Origin: Candidatus Altimarinota bacterium
GTDB taxonomy: Bacteria; Patescibacteriota; Gracilibacteria; UBA4473
NCBI GenBank assembly: GCA_905478675.1
Contig: CAJQJI010000119.1
Span: 1 to 25,489 of the forward strand
Length of the DNA: 25,489 nt
Direction of reading: 5' to 3'
The position numbers and the translations under genes were made by a program. Numbering within the stretch: position 1 is the stretch's first letter; the number at the start of each line of letters is the position of its first letter. Positions 8,316 through 17,078 of the stretch are shown piece after piece. The notes beneath the pieces were generated by a model, which saw only the letters and a program-made list of their open reading frames with translations, was not told the origin of the DNA and searched no databases.

Positions 8316-9773
8316 ATGAAATTAAATAAGGGGACCGAAATCGAACTAGAAATCTCTGATTTAGCGTTTGGCGGAAAGGGGATTGCTAAAATTAAAATAG
8401 AGACCAGCCATGAGAAACCATTTACTATTTTTGTTGATGGAGCCTTAGCTGGGCAAACCGTACTCGCCCGAATTTCCGTTAAAAAAAGACGCTATGCTGA
8501 AGCCAAAATTGTAAAAATTTTAAAAACTTCCCCAGATGAAATTATTCATGATTTTCAACCTACCCCTGGAGCCCCTTGGTTAAGCTTACCAATAAAACTA
8601 CAACAAAAACATAAACAAGCCCAAGTATTTGAACTCTTCCGAAAGTTTGCCGAAACGGATGTAACGCCCGTATTTGATGAATACATCGAATCACCCCAGC
8701 AGCACTTTTATCGGAACAAAATGGACTATAGTTTTGGCCCAACCACCGAAAGTTATACGGAAGAAAAAGGGAACCGAGGCGAAGATGATGTATACAAGGT
8801 CTGGTCACACACCGGTTTTGGGTTTGGGTCTAAAAAGCGAGGGCAATTTTGGTTAGTCGAAAATTTAGAAAAACCATCTGGGTTATTTGATGAAAGTTTC
8901 GAAGCACATTTACCGGCCTTTAGGGCTTTATGCGAAAAACTAAAACCATCGGTTTATAATTCAAAAACGAATGAAGGTTTTTGGCGTCAGTTAGTGGTTA
9001 AAAAAAGTTTTGCCGAAGAGGCCTTTCTTTTAAATCTTATTACCAATCACGCTCAAACAAAATCCGAAAAAGACGCCTTCACCAAAGAAATTATAAATTT
9101 TTGGCAAAACGCCTTAGGTTCAAAATTAAAAGGTTTGTACTGGACCCAAAGCACGGACACCGGAAATGCTAATGACAAGTACCAATATCGAGATTTAGTT
9201 TTTGGTGAACCGACTCTCACCGAAAAAATCTGTGACTTGAATTTTAATATTTCTATCGATTCATTTTTCCAAACTAATATTTTTTCTGCCGAAAAATTAT
9301 ACGAAAAAGCGGCGAGCTATATAAGCCATGCTGATAATATTTTAGAGTTATTTGCGGGCACTGGCACGATTAGCCAAATTTTAGCACGGCAAAATCCTAC
9401 GGCTAAAATTACTAGTGTAGAAATTGTTGAAGCCGCGGTCAAAGATGCTCAAGCCAATGCGCTTAAAAACAAGGTAACCAATGTTGATTTTATTTGCGAT
9501 GACGTAAATAAGTTTATGAAAACCTATACCGGCACACCGCCCGTCGTGGTGTTAGATCCGCCTCGAGCCGGCATTAGTCCAAAAGCCTTACAAAAAATCA
9601 TTGATTTTGGGCCAGAAGAACTAGTTTATATCTCTTGTAATGCGGCCACACTCGCGCGGGACACAGATACACTTTTAAAAAACGGCTATACGCTAGAAAA
9701 GTTGAGCTTCGTTGATCAGTTTCCGCATACCGCCCACGTAGAATGTTTAGCTCGTTTTGAAAAACTAACTTAA
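8316..9773 (+). CDS. rlmD: 23S rRNA (uracil-C5)-methyltransferase, RlmD/RumA family, with N-terminal TRAM domain
   Basis: TRAM domain (ELEISDLAFGGKGIA...GAL.GQ.V.A.I..KK.RYAEA), YRNKM, SFFQTN, ELFAGTGTI, LDPPRAG, YISCN.ATLARD, DQFPHTAHVE. ATG 8316 (MKLNKG) preferred; 8295 and 8280 are in-frame alternatives. Exact target nucleotide is uncertain. Confidence 0.85.
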   Translation: MKLNKGTEIELEISDLAFGGKGIAKIKIETSHEKPFTIFVDGALAGQTVLARISVKKRRYAEAKIVKILKTSPDEIIHDFQPTPGAPWLSLPIKLQQKHKQAQVFELFRKFAETDVTPVFDEYIESPQQHFYRNKMDYSFGPTTESYTEEKGNRGEDDVYKVWSHTGFGFGSKKRGQFWLVENLEKPSGLFDESFEAHLPAFRALCEKLKPSVYNSKTNEGFWRQLVVKKSFAEEAFLLNLITNHAQTKSEKDAFTKEIINFWQNALGSKLKGLYWTQSTDTGNANDKYQYRDLVFGEPTLTEKICDLNFNISIDSFFQTNIFSAEKLYEKAASYISHADNILELFAGTGTISQILARQNPTAKITSVEIVEAAVKDAQANALKNKVTNVDFICDDVNKFMKTYTGTPPVVVLDPPRAGISPKALQKIIDFGPEELVYISCNAATLARDTDTLLKNGYTLEKLSFVDQFPHTAHVECLARFEKLT

Positions 9774-10721
9774 AAAAAGCACAAACGAACCAAGGTAAAA
9801 AGTAATTAACAATAGGGCGAACTTTCGGTCTATTTTTCCAAAAAACCACAACATTAACATTGAGCTACCACTCGCCACAAACCACATTGGAATAGCCTGC
9901 CATAATAAAAAATCAGATACTTGATACCCCCCCGCTAACACCGCTCCAATCCCAAGCGAAAAGAGGGGATCGGTAATATTTGAACCTAATAAATTACCCA
10001 GGGAAATTCCATTCGACTTACGTAATAAAGCCATCATTGAAATAGAAAGTTCTGGAATAGAAGTTCCAATCCCAGACAGCAAGCCGATAAGCCCTTCATT
10101 CAGCCCAAACTCGCGTCCGGCATGAATCCCAACGGTGAGTAAGGCTTCTGCTGAAATCCAAACCAGTGCCACTCCAAAAGAAAAAGCTAAAATATTTAAA
10201 GTCATTGGTGACACACTTTTCGTTACACTCCATTTTTTACGATTCGCAATCAGTAAATAATAAATGTAGCTCATATACGTCAGCACCAAAAGTAGCGCTT
10301 CCCCCGTCCCAATGGAGCCATCCATGCCTAGCAAGAATAATAAGACAATCGAGCCGACAACCATCGTGCCATCACGCTTTAATTTTTCCTGCTTACTACT
10401 CATAGGGCCTCCAACCAGTACACATAAAGCGAGAATAAAAGAGATCTGCACGAAACAACTTCCTACAATGTTTCCAACCCCAATATCATCCACACCACGA
10501 AGACCGGCTGAAATATTTACAAAAATTTCTGGTAAACTAGAGCCGATTGAAACAATCGTTAACCCAATAATAAGTTCTGAAATTCCAAACTTTCGGGCGA
10601 TCCGCTTTACGCCCCAAATAACTTTATCAGAGCCAAACCACAGTCCCGCAATCGCCATAACCGCTACCAGTGCTTGCGCCGGATAGGGGAGTAATATAAG
10701 TGAATGAAGAAGGTCGGCCAT
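9765..10721 (-). CDS. Calcium/sodium antiporter (CaCA, YrbG-like)
   Basis: Two alpha repeats: IGLTIVSIGSSLPE...GNIVGS and GTSIPELS...GNLLGSNI; many hydrophobic helices. Confidence 0.92.
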   Translation of the reverse strand: MADLLHSLILLPYPAQALVAVMAIAGLWFGSDKVIWGVKRIARKFGISELIIGLTIVSIGSSLPEIFVNISAGLRGVDDIGVGNIVGSCFVQISFILALCVLVGGPMSSKQEKLKRDGTMVVGSIVLLFLLGMDGSIGTGEALLLVLTYMSYIYYLLIANRKKWSVTKSVSPMTLNILAFSFGVALVWISAEALLTVGIHAGREFGLNEGLIGLLSGIGTSIPELSISMMALLRKSNGISLGNLLGSNITDPLFSLGIGAVLAGGYQVSDFLLWQAIPMWFVASGSSMLMLWFFGKIDRKFALLLITFYLGSFVLFLS

Positions 10722-11014
10722 TATAAATCTAAATTAGCTTCTACAAATGTTTCAAAAGCCTGTCTGAACTGCCGTACTAGATGTTCATCGAAGTCCCCAT
10801 TAAGGGATTTCTCATCGGCTAAAATTTTCATAATTTTGACTCGTGTATTGCCGGTTATAAGGACCTTTTTTTCTTCAACGCTCGTGCCTTCCCAAAAGGT
10901 AAGTAGGGCTTGATCTGAGTAACGATCAACGTCTACCATTAGGTAACGTAGCACCTCACGAACGGCTTGTGTAACTCCCGTATTGTCGAGCGAATAATCT
11001 TGAAGCGTTTCCAT
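10721..11014 (-). CDS. Hypothetical protein (97 aa)
   Basis: Fills the gap exactly: TAA-ATG abutment with the upstream ligase and a TAATG overlap with the antiporter, which supports a real gene. No family recognised. Confidence 0.7.
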   Translation of the reverse strand: METLQDYSLDNTGVTQAVREVLRYLMVDVDRYSDQALLTFWEGTSVEEKKVLITGNTRVKIMKILADEKSLNGDFDEHLVRQFRQAFETFVEANLDL

Positions 11015-13093
11015 TTAGACTAAAATTTTAAAATCAACACACACCGCTCGCTCTTCGGTTACCATAACCGGATTAATATCAACCGACGTAATTTCAGGGT
11101 AATCTAACACCAAACGTTGCAATTTTTGCATCACCTCGATTAAAGGCTTCACCGCTTTAGCTTTTTCCCCACGGACACCATGCAAAATTTTTCCAACTTT
11201 CGTTTCGTCAATCATCGCGGTAAAATCATGCGTTGGCAGCACACGGACGGTTGTATCTTTAAACACTTCGGTATAAATACCGCCTGAACCAAATAACATG
11301 ACTGGACCAAAATTGGCATCACGGGTAAGCCCCATGATAATTTCAGTCCCTTGAGTAATTTGTTCTTGTACTTGTATATGCGCATTTTTATAGCCCGCAA
11401 TTTCAATAGAATTAGTCAGGGCGTCCCAAGCCGATTTAAATTTTTCTACATTATTTACATTAAGGACTACCCCTTGAACATCCGTTTTATGGAGTGCGTC
11501 TGGGGCCGAAATTTTTAAAACAACGTTTCCAGGAAACATACTCTCGGCACATTTGAGCCCCTCATCGTAATTTGAGAACCCACAATTATGTGGAAAATCA
11601 AAACCATACGTTTCTAAAATATAATTCACCTGATCTTGTGGCAGTGAGGGCCAATTTTTTGCCTTGGCTTCTTTTAACCAAGTTTCAATTTGAGTATCTT
11701 TTTCAAAACTCAAATGGGTGATTGGCGCGGTTCCATTCTGTAACTCGTTCCGATTAGCCAGTAACCCCATTACCCGGGTGGCATCAACGGGAAACTCAAA
11801 GTGGGGGACTTCTAACAAACTTAGAATCGGATTTCCTTGCGATGTTTTTGCTCCGCCAATAAAACTGGCGACGATGTTTTTATCGGTCTTATTTTTAATT
11901 TTCCCAATGAGCTCCGCAGTAGCTTCAATTTCAGTACTACTTTGTGGCGTTAATAGCACTAATATTTGATCTACATTTTCATCATTCGCTACAATTTCTA
12001 ACGCTTGTTGATACCGATCCGCTCGCGCATCACCGATAATATCAACTGGATTTTTAATATTCGCTTCTAAGGGTAAGTTGTTTTTTAATTTCTCCGTCGT
12101 GGCGTCTGAAAAAGTCGCTAACTCTAGATTATCTGATTCGGTTAAATCGGTCGTTAATACGCCAACCCCGCCCGCATTGGTTACAACCGCTAAGCGTTTA
12201 CCAAAGTTTTTTCGACCATTGAAATTCAATGTTTCAAGTAAACCAAACATCGCGCGCATACTGAAAACCTGAATCGCTCCTGCTTGCTGGTAGGCCATTT
12301 CCAAAATACGCGAATTTGGTGCCAGACTCCCCGTATGGCTTGAAGCCGCTTCGGCCGCTTTAACCGACTTTCCTGGTTCTAAAATAATAATGGGTTTATG
12401 TGGCGCAACTTGCGCAATTTGTTCTAAAAATTTACGACCATCTTTTAAAGACTCTAAATAAAAAGCAAAAATTTCAACGTTATCATCGTTGGCTAAATTT
12501 TCTAAAATTTCGTTCTCACTGATACCGGCTTTATTCCCTAAACTAATAAAGTGTGAGAAGCCGATTCCTTTTTGGGCCGCCCAATCAAGCATAGCCGTGC
12601 AAAAGGCTCCAGACTGGCTCACAAAACATATTTTCCCTTTAGAGGGATGTCCGTCCGCAAAACTGGCATTAAGGTGCGCATAAGGGAAAATAGCCCCCAA
12701 ACAGTTTGGCCCCAACAAGTTGATATGGTTATCGGCACAGGTTTGAGCGATGCGTTGTTCGAGCTCGGTTTCGCCGACTTCGCTAAACCCGGCTGAAATA
12801 ATAACCACATTCTTCGTTTTATTTTTAATACAGTCATCCATAACCGATTCTACAAATTTACCAGGGACCACAATTAGGACTAAATCTATGGCCTCTGAGG
12901 CTTCTGTTAAAGACGCCAGACAGGGTTTTCCAAGGAGTGTCTGCCCTCCCATTTTGGGATTAATACCATAAACAGAGCCCTTAAACTCGCTTTCAATAAT
13001 ATTTTTTAAAATGGCGGTTCCAAGCTTGGTTTCATCACTTGAAACCCCAATAACTGCCACCGATGCCGGATTAAAAAAAGACGCTAAATTCAT
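11015..13093 (-). CDS. ADP-forming acetate/acyl-CoA ligase, fused alpha-beta
   Basis: CoA-binding domain (FNP.SVAVIGVS), LLGPNCLG, SQSGA, phospho-His SSHTGSLA, TNAGGVGV, NPVDIIGDA, ATP-grasp with second His LHKTDVQGV, DINPV...DFKI. Confidence 0.92.
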   Translation of the reverse strand: MNLASFFNPASVAVIGVSSDETKLGTAILKNIIESEFKGSVYGINPKMGGQTLLGKPCLASLTEASEAIDLVLIVVPGKFVESVMDDCIKNKTKNVVIISAGFSEVGETELEQRIAQTCADNHINLLGPNCLGAIFPYAHLNASFADGHPSKGKICFVSQSGAFCTAMLDWAAQKGIGFSHFISLGNKAGISENEILENLANDDNVEIFAFYLESLKDGRKFLEQIAQVAPHKPIIILEPGKSVKAAEAASSHTGSLAPNSRILEMAYQQAGAIQVFSMRAMFGLLETLNFNGRKNFGKRLAVVTNAGGVGVLTTDLTESDNLELATFSDATTEKLKNNLPLEANIKNPVDIIGDARADRYQQALEIVANDENVDQILVLLTPQSSTEIEATAELIGKIKNKTDKNIVASFIGGAKTSQGNPILSLLEVPHFEFPVDATRVMGLLANRNELQNGTAPITHLSFEKDTQIETWLKEAKAKNWPSLPQDQVNYILETYGFDFPHNCGFSNYDEGLKCAESMFPGNVVLKISAPDALHKTDVQGVVLNVNNVEKFKSAWDALTNSIEIAGYKNAHIQVQEQITQGTEIIMGLTRDANFGPVMLFGSGGIYTEVFKDTTVRVLPTHDFTAMIDETKVGKILHGVRGEKAKAVKPLIEVMQKLQRLVLDYPEITSVDINPVMVTEERAVCVDFKILV

Positions 13094-13114
13094 TTTTATT
13101 TTGATTTAAGCGTC

Positions 13115-13123
13115 ATTATACCA
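13115..13123 (-). promoter_or_regulatory. Extended -10 promoter (TGgTATAAT) for the acyl-CoA ligase operon
   Basis: Minus strand reads TGGTATAAT 21 nt upstream of the ATG at 13093. Confidence 0.6.
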
Positions 13124-13204
13124 AATTTACGCTTAAAAAGCGAGTCTCAATTAAATTAAAATGAGGCTTTAAAGCTTACTATGAAATAGAGTCGCGGAAC
13201 GTCG

Positions 13205-14686
13205 TTACCGCTTTCTTTTATCCAAGGCCAGAATTAGACAAATCCCTACACATAACACGATCGGAAATACGCCCCACCACAAAATTTGGTCAGTTGAATA
13301 GTGCTCATAATTAGCCGCTAGTTCTGCAGGTAAAGCCGAGATATAGACCCATAAAAAGATTGCTGGGGCGATAAACCGAATCAAATAATCGAAGGCTACA
13401 CGCAATTCGAAGTCCGAAATATGATTAATGTAAATACGTAATTTTTCCGCTGGCATAAACCACCCAATTACCAGTAACTGCAGCATAATCGCTAAATAAA
13501 ATAAATGACCAAACACAAAATGGTCTAAAATATCGAGTCGATACAACCCATTGCCCCCTGCAAAAGTAAGGGACCAAGTAAAGAAAATTACACATAATAG
13601 GGCCGTCCAAGTGCTAAGTGAAAAGCGATTCAAAGTTGAAAACTGCCGTCGTAAAGTTGCCGAAATAGTTTCAATCATGGCAAAAAGTGAATCTATGGCC
13701 AGGGTTAAAATAGAAATAAAAAAGAGCGCTGAAAATAATTTTGCCCCAAAAGGCAATAACGCTAAGGCTGTTGGAAACGTTACAAACGCAAGCGTTGGTC
13801 CAGACTCGACGACACTCGCAATTGCAATACCTTGGTCAGCGGCCATCCATCCTAAAGTACCAAACATAGCTAACCCCGCGACAATGCTGACAAGGGCATC
13901 CCCAAACGCGATCATAAGTCCTGATTGCACCACTGGATGTCTTTGCGGATTAAAACTGGCATACAAAATTGTAATCCCTAAGCCAATATTCATAGAAAAG
14001 AAGGCTTGAGTAAGCGCATTTTTCCAGAGTTCGCTACTGGCTAACTGTGACCAATCTGGTACTAAAAAATAGGCAAATCCTTCAGAAGAACCTGGGAGAA
14101 ACAAACTGTTTATAAATAAGGCAAACAGCAACACAAAGGGCAGGGGAACTGTCCATTTCACCACGTTACCGACAGACTTAACCCCTTTATAAATAGAGGC
14201 ATAAACGGCGACATACACCGCCATAAGGCCAAACACCACTGGCCAAGAAAAGCCGCCCCAAACCGCTGGGGAGTCCGTTAAATTTAAGATTTGATTATGG
14301 AAAAAACTTTGCGCGTCATTGCCCCAAGCCAGCGTTGATGAGGCTAGTAAGAAATCAACGCCCCAAGCCACAATCACGGCATAATAGCCAGCCATTAAGA
14401 TGACACAGCCAATAATTAACCAGCCAACAAATTTACCAAAAGCTCCGGCGGTATTCGTAAAAGCTTGTACCACTTCCGTTTGTGATCGTTGCCCAAAAGC
14501 GACTTCCATAATCACTAACGGAAGCCCAAAACCAAGCAAGATAAAAAGATAGGCAAACAAAAAAGCGCCGCCGCCATTTTCATACACCATGTAGGGAAAT
14601 CGCCAGAGATTTCCTAAACCAGCCGCGGCCCCAATTGCCGCTAAAATAAAGACCCAACGCGACGACCAAGTTTCTTTAAAAGCCAT
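13205..14686 (-). CDS. Sodium-dependent transporter, NSS/SNF (LeuT-like) family
   Basis: RETW-like KETWSSR..FILAAIGAAAGLGNLWRFPY...ENGGGAF, QAFFS, GP.LAF.TFP.AL, SILTLAIDS. ATG 14686 preferred over the track's GTG at 14698. Substrate unknown, probably an amino acid. Confidence 0.93.
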   Translation of the reverse strand: MAFKETWSSRWVFILAAIGAAAGLGNLWRFPYMVYENGGGAFLFAYLFILLGFGLPLVIMEVAFGQRSQTEVVQAFTNTAGAFGKFVGWLIIGCVILMAGYYAVIVAWGVDFLLASSTLAWGNDAQSFFHNQILNLTDSPAVWGGFSWPVVFGLMAVYVAVYASIYKGVKSVGNVVKWTVPLPFVLLFALFINSLFLPGSSEGFAYFLVPDWSQLASSELWKNALTQAFFSMNIGLGITILYASFNPQRHPVVQSGLMIAFGDALVSIVAGLAMFGTLGWMAADQGIAIASVVESGPTLAFVTFPTALALLPFGAKLFSALFFISILTLAIDSLFAMIETISATLRRQFSTLNRFSLSTWTALLCVIFFTWSLTFAGGNGLYRLDILDHFVFGHLFYLAIMLQLLVIGWFMPAEKLRIYINHISDFELRVAFDYLIRFIAPAIFLWVYISALPAELAANYEHYSTDQILWWGVFPIVLCVGICLILALDKRKR

Positions 14687-14836
14687 ACCTAAACACACAA
14701 AAGTTATTAAATATTTTTAGAGAAGTGTTTGTTTGTAGATTAACTAGTATATTGCACAGTTTTTTTAGTAAGGCAAATTTTAGCCGCTAAATCATTATTA
14801 ATTGTACGACGGTGCGGAGCTGAGTAAGCTTAATTT

Positions 14837-15526
14837 ATGAGCCAGCTTTATATTGTCGCCACCCCAATTGGAAACTTAGAAGATATTACTTTTCGGGCCA
14901 TTAAAGTTTTAACAGAGGTTGATTTTATTGCCGCCGAAGATACTCGACACAGTAAGCGTTTACTTGATAAGTACGACATTAAAACGCCCTCTGTTTCTTT
15001 TCACTCTCATAGTAGTGACGCTAAAATTAATCATTTAATTGAACGAATTAAAAAAGGCGAAACGGCGGCCTTGGTTAGTGATGCTGGTACGCCCTGCGTT
15101 TCAGATCCAGGCTTTAAATTTGTTAAGTTAGCCGCTCAAGCTGGGATAAAAATCATACCTATTCCAGGAGCTTCGGCTCTAACCACACTTATTTCGGCGA
15201 GTGGTTTTCCAACCGATACCTTTACGTTTCACGGCTTTTTACCCCATAAAAAGGGCCGTCAGACGCTTATTAAATCTTTTTTAGAAACTGATCATTGTCA
15301 GGTGGTTTACGAATCGGTACACCGATTTCCAAAGCTTTTAAAAGAACTAAGTGAATATGTAGGAGCGGAGCGTTCTATTTGCGTAGGACGAGAACTGACC
15401 AAAATGCATGAAGAAATTTGGCGAGGGACTGTTAGTGAAGCCCAGAAGCATTTTAATGAAAGTAATACGAAGGGGGAGTTTGTTGTGATTGTCTCGCCTG
15501 AAAAGTTTTGTTACACTCAAGCCTGA
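14837..15526 (+). CDS. rsmI: 16S rRNA (cytidine1402-2'-O)-methyltransferase
   Basis: LYIVATPIGNLEDIT.RA, AEDTR, ALVSDAGTP.VSDPG, PIPGASA, F.GFLP.K, YES.HR, RELTK.HEE, KGEFV. Confidence 0.95.
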   Translation: MSQLYIVATPIGNLEDITFRAIKVLTEVDFIAAEDTRHSKRLLDKYDIKTPSVSFHSHSSDAKINHLIERIKKGETAALVSDAGTPCVSDPGFKFVKLAAQAGIKIIPIPGASALTTLISASGFPTDTFTFHGFLPHKKGRQTLIKSFLETDHCQVVYESVHRFPKLLKELSEYVGAERSICVGRELTKMHEEIWRGTVSEAQKHFNESNTKGEFVVIVSPEKFCYTQA

Positions 15527-15825
15527 TGAGCGATAACCAAAACACGCCGACTTTAACTTCAAAAAGAGAACGTATTTCTCAAATCGATGCGGGCATTTTA
15601 TCTTTACTCGATGAGCGTATGCGACTGGCCATAGACATCGCTCAGTTAAAAAAAGAAACTGGGAAAGATATCGAAGACCTAGAACGTGAAACCCAATTAC
15701 TCAGTGAAATTCTAAAGCAAAATCGCGAAACTATACTAGAAGACGATCGTGTTGCTGAAATTTGGCGAGCAATATTTAAACTGTCTAAAGACATTCAAGA
15801 GGAAGCCTCGAACAATGTTGGCTAA
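15526..15825 (+). CDS. Chorismate mutase, AroQ/CM_2 type, stand-alone
   Basis: R.RI..ID..IL.LL.ER..LA..I...K......D.ERE...IF..S..IQ, with equivalents of catalytic R11, R28, K39, D48, R51, E52, S84 and Q88. ATG 15526 overlaps the rsmI stop (TGATG). Confidence 0.82.
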   Translation: MSDNQNTPTLTSKRERISQIDAGILSLLDERMRLAIDIAQLKKETGKDIEDLERETQLLSEILKQNRETILEDDRVAEIWRAIFKLSKDIQEEASNNVG

Positions 15826-15832
15826 AGCCCCT

Positions 15833-17005
15833 TTATTTTGAGATACTTAAGGGTTCAACGCCTGTATTAGTATAATTACTACTACTGCCACCGTTAATAC
15901 TAGCCGGCTCGACAGAAGCGCCATTATAAAGATAGACGGGATCAATCAAACCACTTGAATGAAGCGCGAATTTAACTTTATCGCCGTTTACGGCTTGATT
16001 GGTAATGCGTCCCGTTAACAAAATCTGAGCATTGGCTGGAATTTCAAAAGAACTATTGAAAAACAAGCCTGGTTGCCCATTATACTCCGTGAAGTCATTA
16101 GTAGAATCCACTCGGTCGTTATTTACATATAAATTAAAATCAGAAAAACTGGCGGAAAAATCTTCTAATTCGTTATTCACCCCGTTTTCGTTTTTATCGC
16201 TGGCTTGTGAGCCGCTGCCTATATTTAAAAACAGGCCCTCCACGGCTGAATCAGTTTTACTATTTATATAGGTACTAAAAAAGCGAATATCTTTACTGCC
16301 GGGGCTATAAGACTGACTACCGGCTGGCCGATAATAATAACGACTCGTGACCGAAGCAGCCGTATTTGTACTGGTGCTTGAGGTAGTTGTAGTGGGTCTT
16401 AAGTAGCTACTTGAAGAGCTTCTTCGAGCCGAACCATAATAACGATAAGCCGCATAAGGCGACGTTGAGCGCAGATAAATACCGCCCGCTCTTAGCGTTT
16501 TGCTTTTCCCTTTTAAGCCTTCACAATCACGACACTCTAGACTGAAATAATCTAAACCAAGTATAGACGCTAATACATCTTCTTCACGTTTAATACCCAG
16601 CTCAACCGTTTCGCCAGATTGAGCATAAATTAAACGTCCAACGACTGATAGCACTAAACTATCGCCTCGATCAATTAATACATCACTAAAAGTAAACGTT
16701 AGGTCATTACGGCTGACTTGTACGGCCTGACTAATAGTGGCGCCATTATTTTGCACCACAAAATTTTCAAAACTTTCGTCTAAATCCGCCGTTCCATAAT
16801 TACGAAACGTAATTCGGTTCAAAGTTATATTTTTCCCCGAACGATTACTAAGCCTGAAACGAGCCACTTCTGCCGTTTCTCCCATACGAATCGTGCCGCC
16901 ACTCCCTTGCACTTGTAATTCAATATAAGCGCCATTGTCTTCACTTTGAGCCTGTAAAGATAGAGGCGCTAAACAAAAACCGAGAACTAATAAAAAATAT
17001 TTCAT
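15833..17005 (-). CDS. Secreted hypothetical protein with two beta-rich domains and a Ser/Thr/Tyr/Arg-rich linker
   Basis: Signal peptide MKYFLLVLGFCLAPLSLQA; alternating beta-strand patterns in both halves; low-complexity linker SSSSSYLRPTTTTSSTST. Confidence 0.7.
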   Translation of the reverse strand: MKYFLLVLGFCLAPLSLQAQSEDNGAYIELQVQGSGGTIRMGETAEVARFRLSNRSGKNITLNRITFRNYGTADLDESFENFVVQNNGATISQAVQVSRNDLTFTFSDVLIDRGDSLVLSVVGRLIYAQSGETVELGIKREEDVLASILGLDYFSLECRDCEGLKGKSKTLRAGGIYLRSTSPYAAYRYYGSARRSSSSSYLRPTTTTSSTSTNTAASVTSRYYYRPAGSQSYSPGSKDIRFFSTYINSKTDSAVEGLFLNIGSGSQASDKNENGVNNELEDFSASFSDFNLYVNNDRVDSTNDFTEYNGQPGLFFNSSFEIPANAQILLTGRITNQAVNGDKVKFALHSSGLIDPVYLYNGASVEPASINGGSSSNYTNTGVEPLSISK

Positions 17006-17078
17006 ATCGTTTTGAACTCTACTTAAATTAAAACGAAAGGGGAGTATTAGTTGTGACTCAAACTACTAAGGCTTTTGA

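Noticed and set aside
10312-10686. 124-aa plus-strand ORF
   Set aside because: Antisense shadow of the hydrophobic antiporter gene; no motifs.
13551-14009. 152-aa plus-strand ORF
   Set aside because: Antisense shadow of the NSS transporter; typical stop-poor reverse frame of a membrane-protein gene.
14779-14791. TTTAGC-C-GCTAAA palindrome upstream of rsmI
   Set aside because: Short, and GCCGCTAAA-like words recur in coding DNA of this window, so chance is likely.
84-15526. Recoded TGA (genetic code 25, as in some Gracilibacteria/Absconditabacteria)
   Set aside because: TGA ends the ABC ATPase, gatA and rsmI at natural C-termini, twice overlapping the next ATG, and the long genes are complete without TGA read-through.
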